A stretch of 20,000 bases of DNA from an uncultured virus (IMG/VR IMGVR_UViG_3300037631_006629) (taxonomy: Duplodnaviria; Heunggongvirae; Uroviricota; Caudoviricetes): IMG/VR virus record IMGVR_UViG_3300037631_006629, positions 53,968-73,967 of that record; one strand, given 5' to 3'. A model generated the notes under the pieces. That model saw only the letters and a list, made by a program, of their open reading frames with translations. It was not told the DNA's origin and did not search any database. Positions 8,332 through 16,745 of this stretch are shown one piece after another (the first letter of the stretch is position 1; every line of letters starts with the position of its first letter). The position numbers and the translations under genes are program-made.

Positions 8332-8946
8332 TTAAATTAAGTCTTCTATCTTTTGTATGCCAAAACTTCTTAACTCTTCCGGTTGAACTTCAATATCAAT
8401 AAACTCTTTTTTAGCTTTATGCTCTTTAAAGTCACCACTTTCTAGACCTAACTTATGAGGTACACCTTCTAAATTAGCAATATTTCCGTTAAGTAAATCA
8501 GATTGATCAATATAGATTTTTACATGATGATCGAGTTTAGAACCTTTTGTTCTCAAATGAAATCTTACTTTGTCTTTAGAAGCAGAGCCAAATCTCATCC
8601 ATGCAATACCTGTGCTGTTAAAAGTATCTAAAAGATTTGAACATTCCATAAAATTTTCTGAATTTGTATCAGAAGATAATATTTCTTCGTTTAAAGTATT
8701 GAGTATGTTAAGCCACACTATATTATCTTCTGACACTTTTGTTTTTGCCCATGCTCTTCCTCTGCCTGAAAACATTGCTTTTATACTTGCATTGCTTGTA
8801 TGACTAATGTTTAGATGACAATTGATTGCTTCGTTAAATATTTCGCGAAGTAATGTAAGTTTAATTTCGTGCTGATCTTCTTCAAGCTTAGAAATAATAT
8901 TATGTACACCAGGAAAAATAATTTCTTTGATTAATTGAATGTCCAT
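8332..8946 (-). CDS. hypothetical protein, paralog of 10949..11497
   Basis: GGAGG RBS; shares GRGxxWxK, AWxRF, GSKxDH and PxKxxLE blocks with 10949..11497. Confidence 0.8.
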   Translation of the reverse strand: MDIQLIKEIIFPGVHNIISKLEEDQHEIKLTLLREIFNEAINCHLNISHTSNASIKAMFSGRGRAWAKTKVSEDNIVWLNILNTLNEEILSSDTNSENFMECSNLLDTFNSTGIAWMRFGSASKDKVRFHLRTKGSKLDHHVKIYIDQSDLLNGNIANLEGVPHKLGLESGDFKEHKAKKEFIDIEVQPEELRSFGIQKIEDLI

Positions 8947-8969
8947 TTGTTAATCACCTCCATAGAAAT

Positions 8970-9000
8970 ATTATATTTAAAAATTAAACTTTTTACATGC
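8970..9000 (-). promoter_or_regulatory. promoter GCATGTAA-N17-TATAAT
   Basis: Same architecture as the other copies; upstream of 8946. Confidence 0.7.
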
Positions 9001-9012
9001 ATAAACAACTAA

Positions 9013-9195
9013 TTAATTTTTTCCAGAAATTAAATTTTCTGCATATTCTTTGTTGCATTTCATACATAGATTATCGCAATTATTACAACCGTAATACTCA
9101 TGAAAAGCATATTTGCATTCATGAAAATAAAAGTCATATTCCTTTTTACACTTATCACACTTAAGATTGTTTTTCATTTTTCTTAACACTTTCAA
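9013..9195 (-). CDS. small Cys-rich putative zinc-binding protein
   Basis: CDKC, CNNC and CMKC pairs; true start may be the internal ATG (MKNNLKC). Confidence 0.6.
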   Translation of the reverse strand: MKVLRKMKNNLKCDKCKKEYDFYFHECKYAFHEYYGCNNCDNLCMKCNKEYAENLISGKN

Positions 9196-9352
9196 TTATG
9201 TTTTCTTCTAAATCTAAAATTTGAACTTCATCAATGTAAGTTACTATTTCATAGTCGTTGTTTTTAGTTCTAAACAAAGAAGTTATTTGAATGTCTAGGT
9301 CTAAGACTAGTTGTGCAAATTTTTTTAACTTTAAACTTTCTTTTTCAATCAT
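9161..9352 (-). CDS. hypothetical protein
   Basis: ATGA overlap with the upstream gene. Confidence 0.65.
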   Translation of the reverse strand: MIEKESLKLKKFAQLVLDLDIQITSLFRTKNNDYEIVTYIDEVQILDLEENIIESVKKNEKQS

Positions 9353-9615
9353 CTTTTATTTCTCAATAGCTCTCTAACTTCTTTTTGTGTCTGTGACATT
9401 TTGCCAACCATTCTTGCACCCGGCTTTTCTATTACATTTGATACTTGGCCAGATCTTAAACCACCATTAACTAAACAATAAAAATCAAAATAATCTATCT
9501 TAGTCTCTTCATCTCTCCATAGATTTACAACCTCACCAAATCCATAGTTTTGATCTGCCCCTTTTAGTGAAACCCATAACATATCGCCTAGTTTAATTTC
9601 AGTAGTTTTCGACAT
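9349..9615 (-). CDS. hypothetical protein with IKLGD motif
   Basis: 88 aa, overlapping operon arrangement. Confidence 0.75.
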   Translation of the reverse strand: MSKTTEIKLGDMLWVSLKGADQNYGFGEVVNLWRDEETKIDYFDFYCLVNGGLRSGQVSNVIEKPGARMVGKMSQTQKEVRELLRNKR

Positions 9616-9931
9616 AAGGCAAATGATTTTCTGGTTTTGAAAAATATTTATGCAAGTGATATTCGTTTACAATACAAGCTTGATTTGTCTTAAGTCTTGT
9701 CAAGCTAATCCTGACCATCCTTGTCGCACCTTTAGTTTCTAGTACTTCGCTTCCTAGATAAACAAAAGGTTCGTTTAACTTAATAGGTAACTTTTGCCCG
9801 TCTAATCTTAGCTCTCTTTTTGCCGGCATAAAATAATTACCTTTGTTCCTAAGATAAACAAAGGATCCAGAGCCTGATTTGCTATTAAAAATAATAATGT
9901 CGCCTTTTCTTATTTCAACGTATTTAACCAT
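9599..9931 (-). CDS. hypothetical protein with IRKGD motif
   Basis: AGGAG RBS, promoter upstream. Confidence 0.75.
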   Translation of the reverse strand: MVKYVEIRKGDIIIFNSKSGSGSFVYLRNKGNYFMPAKRELRLDGQKLPIKLNEPFVYLGSEVLETKGATRMVRISLTRLKTNQACIVNEYHLHKYFSKPENHLPYVENY

Positions 9932-9950
9932 TATTGTCTCCTTTTTATAT

Positions 9951-9980
9951 ATTATAACAAAAATTTTTACTATTTACACG
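9951..9980 (-). promoter_or_regulatory. promoter CGTGTAA-N17-TATAAT
   Basis: Minus strand reads CGTGTAA ATAGTAAAAATTTTTGT TATAAT. Confidence 0.75.
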
Positions 9981-10899
9981 TATTAACTAACTCATTCGTT
10001 GCCCAATCAACATTTCTATATTTATTTGAAAAATATACACCGTATCCTGAACTGTTAGGTTGCTGGATTTTCTTATCCAATACTTCCTCTTTTGCAAAAC
10101 CGATAAACATAGTAAGTAAATTATCTGGCAGCCTAACAGTCTTATGCAGCCTTTTAACATTTACTTTAAAGATTTCTTCTTTGATGTTGTAATGGCTTGG
10201 CCAGTTGTTTTCAACAGCTTTGTAAAGGCATTCTAAAAATATGCTTTGTGTTTTTTTGTCTTCTGATATATTTTCTAAATTTCTATACTTTAAATATTTT
10301 ATTATCCTTGCTATTGTAAAAGGAGAGTCTGAAGAGCTTAGTTTAAGTATTTTTTTTGCATCACACTCTAATGCTTCTTCTTCATAATAAACTATGTAAT
10401 CATTTTTTTCTTTTAAAATTCCATACTTACAGTTTAATACGTCAAAAGAGTTAAAACATTCTTCGATATTTTTGAAGAAAAATTTATTTACCAACTGTAC
10501 TTTTATATCTTTTATTTCTGAAATGTTATCATCGAAATAGTCAAAATTTAATGCAAAGTCGCTAGTGTAACAATTTAATTTTGGATGTTCAAAAACGTTA
10601 TCATAGTGACTTAAATTTTTCATATGTCCTGATATTTTTTTATATGCAAGATCATATTCGTTTTTTGAGTTGCAAAATAAGTCTATGTCCCCTGAGCTGT
10701 AATATTCTGATAGGTAATTTATAATTCTATTAGTCTTTTTATTATTGCTATTTATATCAAAATGTGCATGACAAACTTCTCTTGCAAAACCTCCAGCTAT
10801 CCAAAAGTTTGAGTCAAATGCTATTTCAATAACTGGGTTTCTAAATATATTATTTAACTGTTCTTTGTGTATACCTTCGACAATAAAAGACTTGATCAT
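9970..10899 (-). CDS. Pol-beta superfamily nucleotidyltransferase (CCA-adding/poly(A) polymerase head-like)
   Basis: FWIAGGFARE...GDIDLF (hG[GS]...DxD) signature, later VQLV and FDV. Confidence 0.75.
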   Translation of the reverse strand: MIKSFIVEGIHKEQLNNIFRNPVIEIAFDSNFWIAGGFAREVCHAHFDINSNNKKTNRIINYLSEYYSSGDIDLFCNSKNEYDLAYKKISGHMKNLSHYDNVFEHPKLNCYTSDFALNFDYFDDNISEIKDIKVQLVNKFFFKNIEECFNSFDVLNCKYGILKEKNDYIVYYEEEALECDAKKILKLSSSDSPFTIARIIKYLKYRNLENISEDKKTQSIFLECLYKAVENNWPSHYNIKEEIFKVNVKRLHKTVRLPDNLLTMFIGFAKEEVLDKKIQQPNSSGYGVYFSNKYRNVDWATNELVNTCK

Positions 10900-10948
10900 T
10901 TTTTCTCCAGAAAAGTGTTAGAAAGAAAAGAGTTTTACTATGAAAAGT

Positions 10949-11497
10949 TTAATAAGTATACTCAAGCAATCCTTCAAGCTTTAGAAATTTCTCCCATTCT
11001 TTAAGCTCGAGCTCAGTACAGCTTGAAAGCTTAGCCTCTTTTATTATCTCATTTGTTTGTCTAACAATTTCTTCAGCTTCTCCATTATTAATTGTACTGT
11101 TTTTTGTTTTTCTTCTTTTAGGCAAAGGCTTTTCTTGCTTTTTCTTTCTATCTTCTGGATTGATTTCTAACTGCATCTTTACTGGTGTATTTCCAAGCAA
11201 AGGTAAATCCTTGACTTGATTATCATTTATAATTAATACACAGTCTGGGTGATCAATTTTTGAACCTCTTTTCCTTACTTCGAAAATAACTTGAGGATTA
11301 TCTTCGCTTCCTGTAGGTTTTGAAAATCTTATCCAGGCAAAACCTTCTCTTTCAACATGCCTTACATACTCAATACCATCAGGAGAATTTGCAATTGTCA
11401 TTACTTTATTATACACATTAGAATCATTAGGTACCTTTACCCAACAATTACCTCTGCCTTTATATCGATCTCTTATTGTATTTTTAAAATTTGACAT
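10949..11497 (-). CDS. hypothetical protein, paralog of 8332..8946
   Basis: YKGRGNCWVK, GFAWIRF, FEVRKRGSKIDH, TPVKMQLE; basic linker. Confidence 0.8.
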   Translation of the reverse strand: MSNFKNTIRDRYKGRGNCWVKVPNDSNVYNKVMTIANSPDGIEYVRHVEREGFAWIRFSKPTGSEDNPQVIFEVRKRGSKIDHPDCVLIINDNQVKDLPLLGNTPVKMQLEINPEDRKKKQEKPLPKRRKTKNSTINNGEAEEIVRQTNEIIKEAKLSSCTELELKEWEKFLKLEGLLEYTY

Positions 11498-11539
11498 ATT
11501 AAAGTTACCTTTTTAAGTTTTGTTGATGTTGTTTTGTAT

Positions 11540-11571
11540 ATTATAAATTAAAGTTTATCTAATATACACGC
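11540..11571 (-). promoter_or_regulatory. promoter GCGTGTAT-N18-TATAAT
   Basis: Same motif with an 18-nt spacer. Confidence 0.65.
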
Positions 11572-11572
11572 A

Positions 11573-11830
11573 TTAAGAAATTAACTTTGATTTTCCTTGC
11601 CCAGGACCTACTGTTTGACCAGTCTGTGCAGCAGGTGTTCCTGCTGTTGCAACAGGAATTCCGGGAAGAACGTCTATTAAAATATCTGCAGATGTTACAA
11701 ACTCGTGTATTGCTTTAGCAACTGCATCACATCTTTGCTTTACTTTAGCTTTAGCTTCGCTTGTCATTTCAGTATCTTTTGTTTCTGCTTCAAAGAGTTC
11801 ACTTGACAATTTTTCTTTTTTTAAAGCCAT
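11573..11830 (-). CDS. small putative virion (tail/baseplate-associated) protein
   Basis: Helical N-terminus (AKAIHEFV) then GIPVATAGTPAAQTGQTVGPG, a pattern I recall from small proteins of contractile-tailed phages; function unverified. Confidence 0.5.
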   Translation of the reverse strand: MALKKEKLSSELFEAETKDTEMTSEAKAKVKQRCDAVAKAIHEFVTSADILIDVLPGIPVATAGTPAAQTGQTVGPGQGKSKLIS

Positions 11831-11833
11831 TAT

Positions 11834-12115
11834 CTATTCCGTTTCTATAATATTGTAGCTGAAAATGATGAAGCTTTCTTTTGTATTAGTATCTTTTACT
11901 TCAAGCATAACATCACAATCTGTAGTTACTGTGACTTCTTCAACTATTCCAGTTTTAACGTTTTCTTTAATTACATCATCAACGACTACAGGCACATTAA
12001 ATTTTATTTGTTTGTTTAGCAAGTAAGACTTTGAAATTTTATTGACATCTAAATAGTACAGTTCATGTTTACTTTTTATTTCTTTTAACAGATTTTCTAA
12101 TAAGTCTTTGTTCAT
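11834..12115 (-). CDS. hypothetical protein
   Basis: 93-aa ORF in a tight operon. Confidence 0.7.
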   Translation of the reverse strand: MNKDLLENLLKEIKSKHELYYLDVNKISKSYLLNKQIKFNVPVVVDDVIKENVKTGIVEEVTVTTDCDVMLEVKDTNTKESFIIFSYNIIETE

Positions 12116-12118
12116 TTT

Positions 12119-12364
12119 TTATTTACCTTTTTTAAATAAGTTTTCAATAACTACTAAAAACTTTAGCATTGTTATTTCAACGTAAATTAAAGTTTTTAAT
12201 ACTAAAGAAGGATTGTTTGAAACTACATACATTTTTTGAAATTGTTTGTTTTGTTTTTTTGTTGGTTTACCTGAAACGATCCATGATAGTTCTCCTTCTT
12301 CACTAACAATAGCTAACATAATGCTACCAGATAAAATTTGTTTTTCTAAGTTTTCATCTAACAA
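12119..12364 (-). CDS. hypothetical protein
   Basis: TTG start with GAGGA RBS, 81 aa. Confidence 0.65.
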   Translation of the reverse strand: MLDENLEKQILSGSIMLAIVSEEGELSWIVSGKPTKKQNKQFQKMYVVSNNPSLVLKTLIYVEITMLKFLVVIENLFKKGK

Positions 12365-12429
12365 TTTATTTCCTCATATTTATTATTATATTATTTATAT
12401 GAAAATTTACAACACAGAAACGAAATAAA

Positions 12430-13269
12430 ATGAAATTTATAGTATTTTTTTTGAGTTTATTATTATTAGCTTTTGACATTCCAATTGAAAAGATAAAGTC
12501 TTCTTACGGTCATATAGAAGCTTATTATAAAGTTCAACCGAAACAAAGTTTGGATTGTGAAAATTGCTTTACATCGATGGAGGCTTTTCAAGAGATAAGA
12601 TCAATAAACAAAAAGCTAATGCAAATGGCGTATGTCAAAGCTTCTTCTTTTATAGTTAAAAAGAAAAAATCAGAAACTATTTCTATTACTTCTGAACATG
12701 TTTGCAAAGAATTAAGCGTCTTTTTAAGAGATCAAAAGTTCAAAGCTTTAGCAAAAGATTTGATGAAGACAATGGCAAAAACATATGCAGACAGTGCTTT
12801 ATATTCAGAGATATACAGAACTTATGAAATCGTTCCAAAAGCTTATATATATTCTTTTGAAGGAGTAAAGCATGAAATAACATCGATAATACTCTCAGAC
12901 AGTAAAATTGATACATGTGCAATTAAATCTTTAGGCGTCTGGGGAAAAGAAGTAACTTTTGCAAAGAGTGGTTGTTTATATGAAAAAATATTTAATATGT
13001 CTAGCTCAGGGGGATATTATCATAAAGGATCAGTAGCTCTAAGAGAAGGATATGTTAACGGAAGAGTTGAAGAGTTAAGAATACAAGAAAGAAAGTTTAA
13101 AGAAGTAAATCTGTATACTTTGCTAGTTAAACCAGGCGCATCAGGATCTGCTGTATTCAATGTTAAAGGAGAAGTATGTGGATCAGTTAATATATCTTTT
13201 ATAAAAGTTGATTTAAGTGCTGGTGCTTCTTATTCTGATCTAACTCAATTTTATAAACAATTGCGTTAA
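12430..13269 (+). CDS. secreted trypsin-like (S1) serine protease
   Basis: Signal peptide MKFIVFFLSLLLLA; triad motifs TSEHVC (His), IDTCAI (Asp), PGASGSAVFNVKGEVCG (Ser). Confidence 0.85.
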   Translation: MKFIVFFLSLLLLAFDIPIEKIKSSYGHIEAYYKVQPKQSLDCENCFTSMEAFQEIRSINKKLMQMAYVKASSFIVKKKKSETISITSEHVCKELSVFLRDQKFKALAKDLMKTMAKTYADSALYSEIYRTYEIVPKAYIYSFEGVKHEITSIILSDSKIDTCAIKSLGVWGKEVTFAKSGCLYEKIFNMSSSGGYYHKGSVALREGYVNGRVEELRIQERKFKEVNLYTLLVKPGASGSAVFNVKGEVCGSVNISFIKVDLSAGASYSDLTQFYKQLR

Positions 13270-13417
13270 AATATTCTTCAACGTTCCAGTTATGTCTAGA
13301 AGATAAAAGATTTCCTTTTCTATCATAAACTGAGCTGCAAATCTTGCATTGAACAATATCACTATGAAACTTTAAAATAACAGCACCACACTTACATTTT
13401 GTTAACATACTTTTCAC
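13199..13417 (-). CDS. putative zinc-ribbon protein
   Basis: CKCG...CKIC; 3' end overlaps the convergent protease gene. Confidence 0.5.
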   Translation of the reverse strand: MKSMLTKCKCGAVILKFHSDIVQCKICSSVYDRKGNLLSSRHNWNVEEYFNAIVYKIELDQNKKHQHLNQLL

Positions 13418-13501
13418 TCTTCCTTAGGATTAAATATTTCGTATAGATTGTTATCTATGTCACAGTCTTCATTGCTTATGAAAAAACACCATAAAAACAT
13501 G

Positions 13502-13753
13502 TTATTTTACCTTTCTTGCGCAATTTTTTGAATTCTGTATTTGACTAACATTATGTCCATGAAGAACTAAAAGTCTGCATACTTTTATTAGACTACTAGC
13601 TTGATACTTTGATTTAATTTTACAGCTTTTCTTTACATTATGTATGCACTTATGATACGCTGGTTTTCTTTTTAAATTATTCGTATTTAATCCATACTCA
13701 GCCAAAGCAGTTGCTGATATTGACAACGATAAAAAAACTATTAATTTCATCAT
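13502..13753 (-). CDS. small secreted Cys-containing protein
   Basis: Signal peptide MMKLIVFLSLSISATALA followed by a basic mature part with four Cys. Confidence 0.65.
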   Translation of the reverse strand: MMKLIVFLSLSISATALAEYGLNTNNLKRKPAYHKCIHNVKKSCKIKSKYQASSLIKVCRLLVLHGHNVSQIQNSKNCARKVK

Positions 13754-14013
13754 TCTATATTCCAGTTTTTACCGGGTAGATTATATTCACCGTCATCTTC
13801 CTTAAATCTATTTTTAATATCAAACCTTTCAGCAACTGTCTGAGAAACATTGACAGCGACTTTGTGACTAGAAAAAGTTTTTGTAATTACTTTGTTTCTA
13901 AAAGTTACAGTAAGAAGATGATCATTACTTAAGTGCATTGTACCCCAATTTACGTTTGACCTTTTATGTAAATTATATCCTTCTTCTGTTTTCATCCAGA
14001 TTAATCTTTTCAT
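13750..14013 (-). CDS. hypothetical protein
   Basis: AAGG RBS, ATGA coupling with the downstream gene. Confidence 0.7.
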   Translation of the reverse strand: MKRLIWMKTEEGYNLHKRSNVNWGTMHLSNDHLLTVTFRNKVITKTFSSHKVAVNVSQTVAERFDIKNRFKEDDGEYNLPGKNWNIE

Positions 14014-14059
14014 ATTATGAAACCTTTCACATTAATATTATTATAAAAACTAGCTGAGA

Positions 14060-14401
14060 TTAATAGTGTTCTTTAAAAAGACTGTCTACTAGCCCAGGCA
14101 TAAAAAATTGTTTTGCATGTGTTAAACATGTAATTTCTTTATTGTATAAAGCTTTTTGTCTTGTTTTTTCTGAATATGCGTAAAATGTTTTGCTTGACAC
14201 ATTAAAGCATATACTTTTGTAAGCCCCTCTACAATAGTTGTCTGATATTGTCCAGACATCATCATCCACATTGAATTTAACAAAAATACATTTATCACCT
14301 TGACTAAAAGATTTTCCGTGATTAAAAGCTAATTTTGCTAATTCTTTTATTCTTTGTGGTGGGCTTCCGAATTCTTTTATAGACTTATTTTCAAAAATCA
14401 A
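14060..14401 (-). CDS. hypothetical protein
   Basis: 113 aa, TTG start, promoter upstream. Confidence 0.7.
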   Translation of the reverse strand: MIFENKSIKEFGSPPQRIKELAKLAFNHGKSFSQGDKCIFVKFNVDDDVWTISDNYCRGAYKSICFNVSSKTFYAYSEKTRQKALYNKEITCLTHAKQFFMPGLVDSLFKEHY

Positions 14402-14430
14402 ATTATTCTCTTTTTTGTTTAAGAAGATTA

Positions 14431-14461
14431 ATTATATCAAAATTAAAACAATTCTACACGC
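14431..14461 (-). promoter_or_regulatory. promoter GCGTGTAG-N17-TATAAT
   Basis: Minus strand reads GCGTGTAG AATTGTTTTAATTTTGA TATAAT. Confidence 0.75.
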
Positions 14462-14490
14462 TTAAATACTTTTAATTAAAACTAATTATC

Positions 14491-15087
14491 TTAGCCCCAA
14501 GCACTTCCTTGTTTGTTTTTAAATGACTTTTTACTTTTTGAAGTAGCTGAATTACGTACGTCAGGCCATAAATAATATACTGTATAACCATGTTCAGACT
14601 TATATACAGCTTTTTGTTTTCTACCGTTAATATCAATTTCTCCATAGTAATATTTTTGCGGGTCTCCTTGATAAGGTCCAGCTGGCCATGGTACGTCGAA
14701 GCTTCCATCATTACTGACACCTATGCCATTATTTATTCCAGCTTCGTATATTAAATCGTCTTCTGTCATTACAATATCACCAACATCAACATCACTGGGG
14801 AAGCCAGACATACCTTTGATATGCTTTGTTAGACTTTCAATTTCAATTTGATAACCATATTCTTCATTAATCATTTCTTCATCACCATGCTGATCAAACC
14901 TGTCGTAGCAATAAAAAATATCTTTACCATGAATATCTTCTAACTCTTTCAACAAATCTTTTGCTTTTTTTGTAGGATTGTGTCTAGTTCTTGTTATAGA
15001 TCCTCCTTGAGATTCGTTAACTTTACTTTTAAATTCGAACTTTCGCCATTCTTTTAAGATTTTTTTTGTCTCATTAGTTTTTTTCAT
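14491..15087 (-). CDS. hypothetical protein with N-terminal ILKEWRKF and C-terminal GSAWG motifs (possible internal virion protein)
   Basis: 198 aa, AAGGA RBS; terminal motifs shared with 15984..16727. Confidence 0.75.
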   Translation of the reverse strand: MKKTNETKKILKEWRKFEFKSKVNESQGGSITRTRHNPTKKAKDLLKELEDIHGKDIFYCYDRFDQHGDEEMINEEYGYQIEIESLTKHIKGMSGFPSDVDVGDIVMTEDDLIYEAGINNGIGVSNDGSFDVPWPAGPYQGDPQKYYYGEIDINGRKQKAVYKSEHGYTVYYLWPDVRNSATSKSKKSFKNKQGSAWG

Positions 15088-15124
15088 GTTGCATCCTTTA
15101 TTTGCTTTCTATAATAAATATAAT

Positions 15125-15355
15125 CTATATATATAAAATTACGTATTTACCAAACCATATATCAAAAGTACTAATTAAATCTTCATAGTTACTCATCTTC
15201 ATTGTTTTGATAATATCTTCTATTATTATTTTGTCATAACCTAGCTGTTTTCCCAGGCTTTCAGCAAGTGACATCAAGTAATATGCATTACCATTAGGCC
15301 CACTAAGGTCAACTTCTATGTGTCTGGCAGGTTTTTCTTCTATACTTTTAATCAT
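15125..15355 (-). CDS. conserved phage hypothetical protein
   Basis: IEVDLSGPNGNAYYLM...NYEDLISTFDIWFG pattern that I recognise from large myoviruses. Confidence 0.75.
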   Translation of the reverse strand: MIKSIEEKPARHIEVDLSGPNGNAYYLMSLAESLGKQLGYDKIIIEDIIKTMKMSNYEDLISTFDIWFGKYVILYI

Positions 15356-15358
15356 ATT

Positions 15359-15622
15359 TCATTCCTTAAAGCTTATAAGTTTAAACATGTCATTTGATTT
15401 GCTGCTAAATAACTCACTTGCATACACTGACTTAAATTTAATCTTTCTGTTATTTATTAAGAATACTAAAGACCTTTCTTTATAGGTTGCTCCAAAGTTA
15501 TTATCTAAAACTAAAAGTATACTTCCTTCTTTTATTACTTTATGATTAAAATGATCTTGCCAAAAGTTAAAAGTTTTTTTAACAAACAACAAGTCGTTTT
15601 CTTTTACTTCGTTTATGATCAT
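15359..15622 (-). CDS. hypothetical protein
   Basis: 87-aa ORF in an operon; VKENDLLFV. Confidence 0.65.
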   Translation of the reverse strand: MIINEVKENDLLFVKKTFNFWQDHFNHKVIKEGSILLVLDNNFGATYKERSLVFLINNRKIKFKSVYASELFSSKSNDMFKLISFKE

Positions 15623-15630
15623 AAAATTAT

Positions 15631-15897
15631 CTATTTAACTATAAAACTATTCTTGCCTTTTTTAAAGCTTTGATAAACTGATTTTTCTACTAAAGCCCAG
15701 TATTTTTTACAACTTACATTAGCAAACATTTTTTCTCTATTTCTATAATGATCTATACCATTAAGAAACTTAATGCAGCCTAAAGTTTTTACTTCTTTTT
15801 CAAAGACACCTATACATACAGCATAAACATAATCTTCTAACTCTAGACAGCTTTTTAGATAGTTTATTTCTCGAGAAAGCTGTTTATAATTATTCAA
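15631..15897 (-). CDS. hypothetical protein
   Basis: TTG start with AGGAG RBS. Confidence 0.65.
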   Translation of the reverse strand: MNNYKQLSREINYLKSCLELEDYVYAVCIGVFEKEVKTLGCIKFLNGIDHYRNREKMFANVSCKKYWALVEKSVYQSFKKGKNSFIVK

Positions 15898-15983
15898 TAC
15901 ATATCTCCTTAATGTTATGTCAAATCTAATTAAACCTAAAATAGATAGTTATAGATATACTATGAAAAAGGTAATAGACGATT

Positions 15984-16727
15984 ATGAGAAAAGTCATTCA
16001 GACAAAAGAAGTTTTAAAAGAATGGAATTCTTTTTTAATAAAAGAATCAAATGCTGATAGAGTAAAAAGGATGATTGATGATCTAGAAAGCTTTGGAAAA
16101 CAAATTCATATTACAGAGCCAAGTAAAAGCGTTATTGTAATTACTTATGGAAAAAATTACACTAGCGGTAATCGAGATGCATCAAAAAACTTATTTGGAC
16201 AGATACGCTGTTCAGACACTTCAGCGTCATATGATGATAAACAAAAAGGCATTGGAGCAGGAGAAACAAACTCTTGTTGGGAAGTTGATTTAACTAGTCA
16301 CACTACTAAGGGAATGGGTCCTTTGCTTTATGAAGTGCTTATTGAATATATTAGCAATATAAAAAGAGCTTCGCTTAAACCAGATGCATCCTCAGTTTCT
16401 GATTTAGCAAAAAATGTGTGGAATAAGTTTAACGATAGACCGCAGAACGATGTTAAAAAAATTCAGTTAGATGTTGGTGAAAAAACTGTATATAGATTTA
16501 AGAGATACAAAAACCAAGATGTTAAACAACTAACACCTGACAATGTTGAAGATGATACGATGCAGGATTCATCAATAAGAGACAAAGGTTTTGATGCTTG
16601 GGAAGAAAGTGCTTTAAGTAAAGCCTATAAAAAACTAGATATGCCGATTATAGATGAACTTAAAGCTAGAAATCTAATTATAATGCCTAAAACATTTAAA
16701 AGCAAACTAGGCAGTGCATGGGGTTAA
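15984..16727 (+). CDS. putative GNAT-fold protein with N-terminal VLKEWNSF and C-terminal GSAWG motifs
   Basis: KGMGPLLYEVLIEY resembles GNAT acetyl-CoA-binding motif A, followed by SVSDLAKNVWNKF (motif B-like). Confidence 0.6.
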   Translation: MRKVIQTKEVLKEWNSFLIKESNADRVKRMIDDLESFGKQIHITEPSKSVIVITYGKNYTSGNRDASKNLFGQIRCSDTSASYDDKQKGIGAGETNSCWEVDLTSHTTKGMGPLLYEVLIEYISNIKRASLKPDASSVSDLAKNVWNKFNDRPQNDVKKIQLDVGEKTVYRFKRYKNQDVKQLTPDNVEDDTMQDSSIRDKGFDAWEESALSKAYKKLDMPIIDELKARNLIIMPKTFKSKLGSAWG

Positions 16728-16745
16728 TTTTAAGTGATATGAGAA

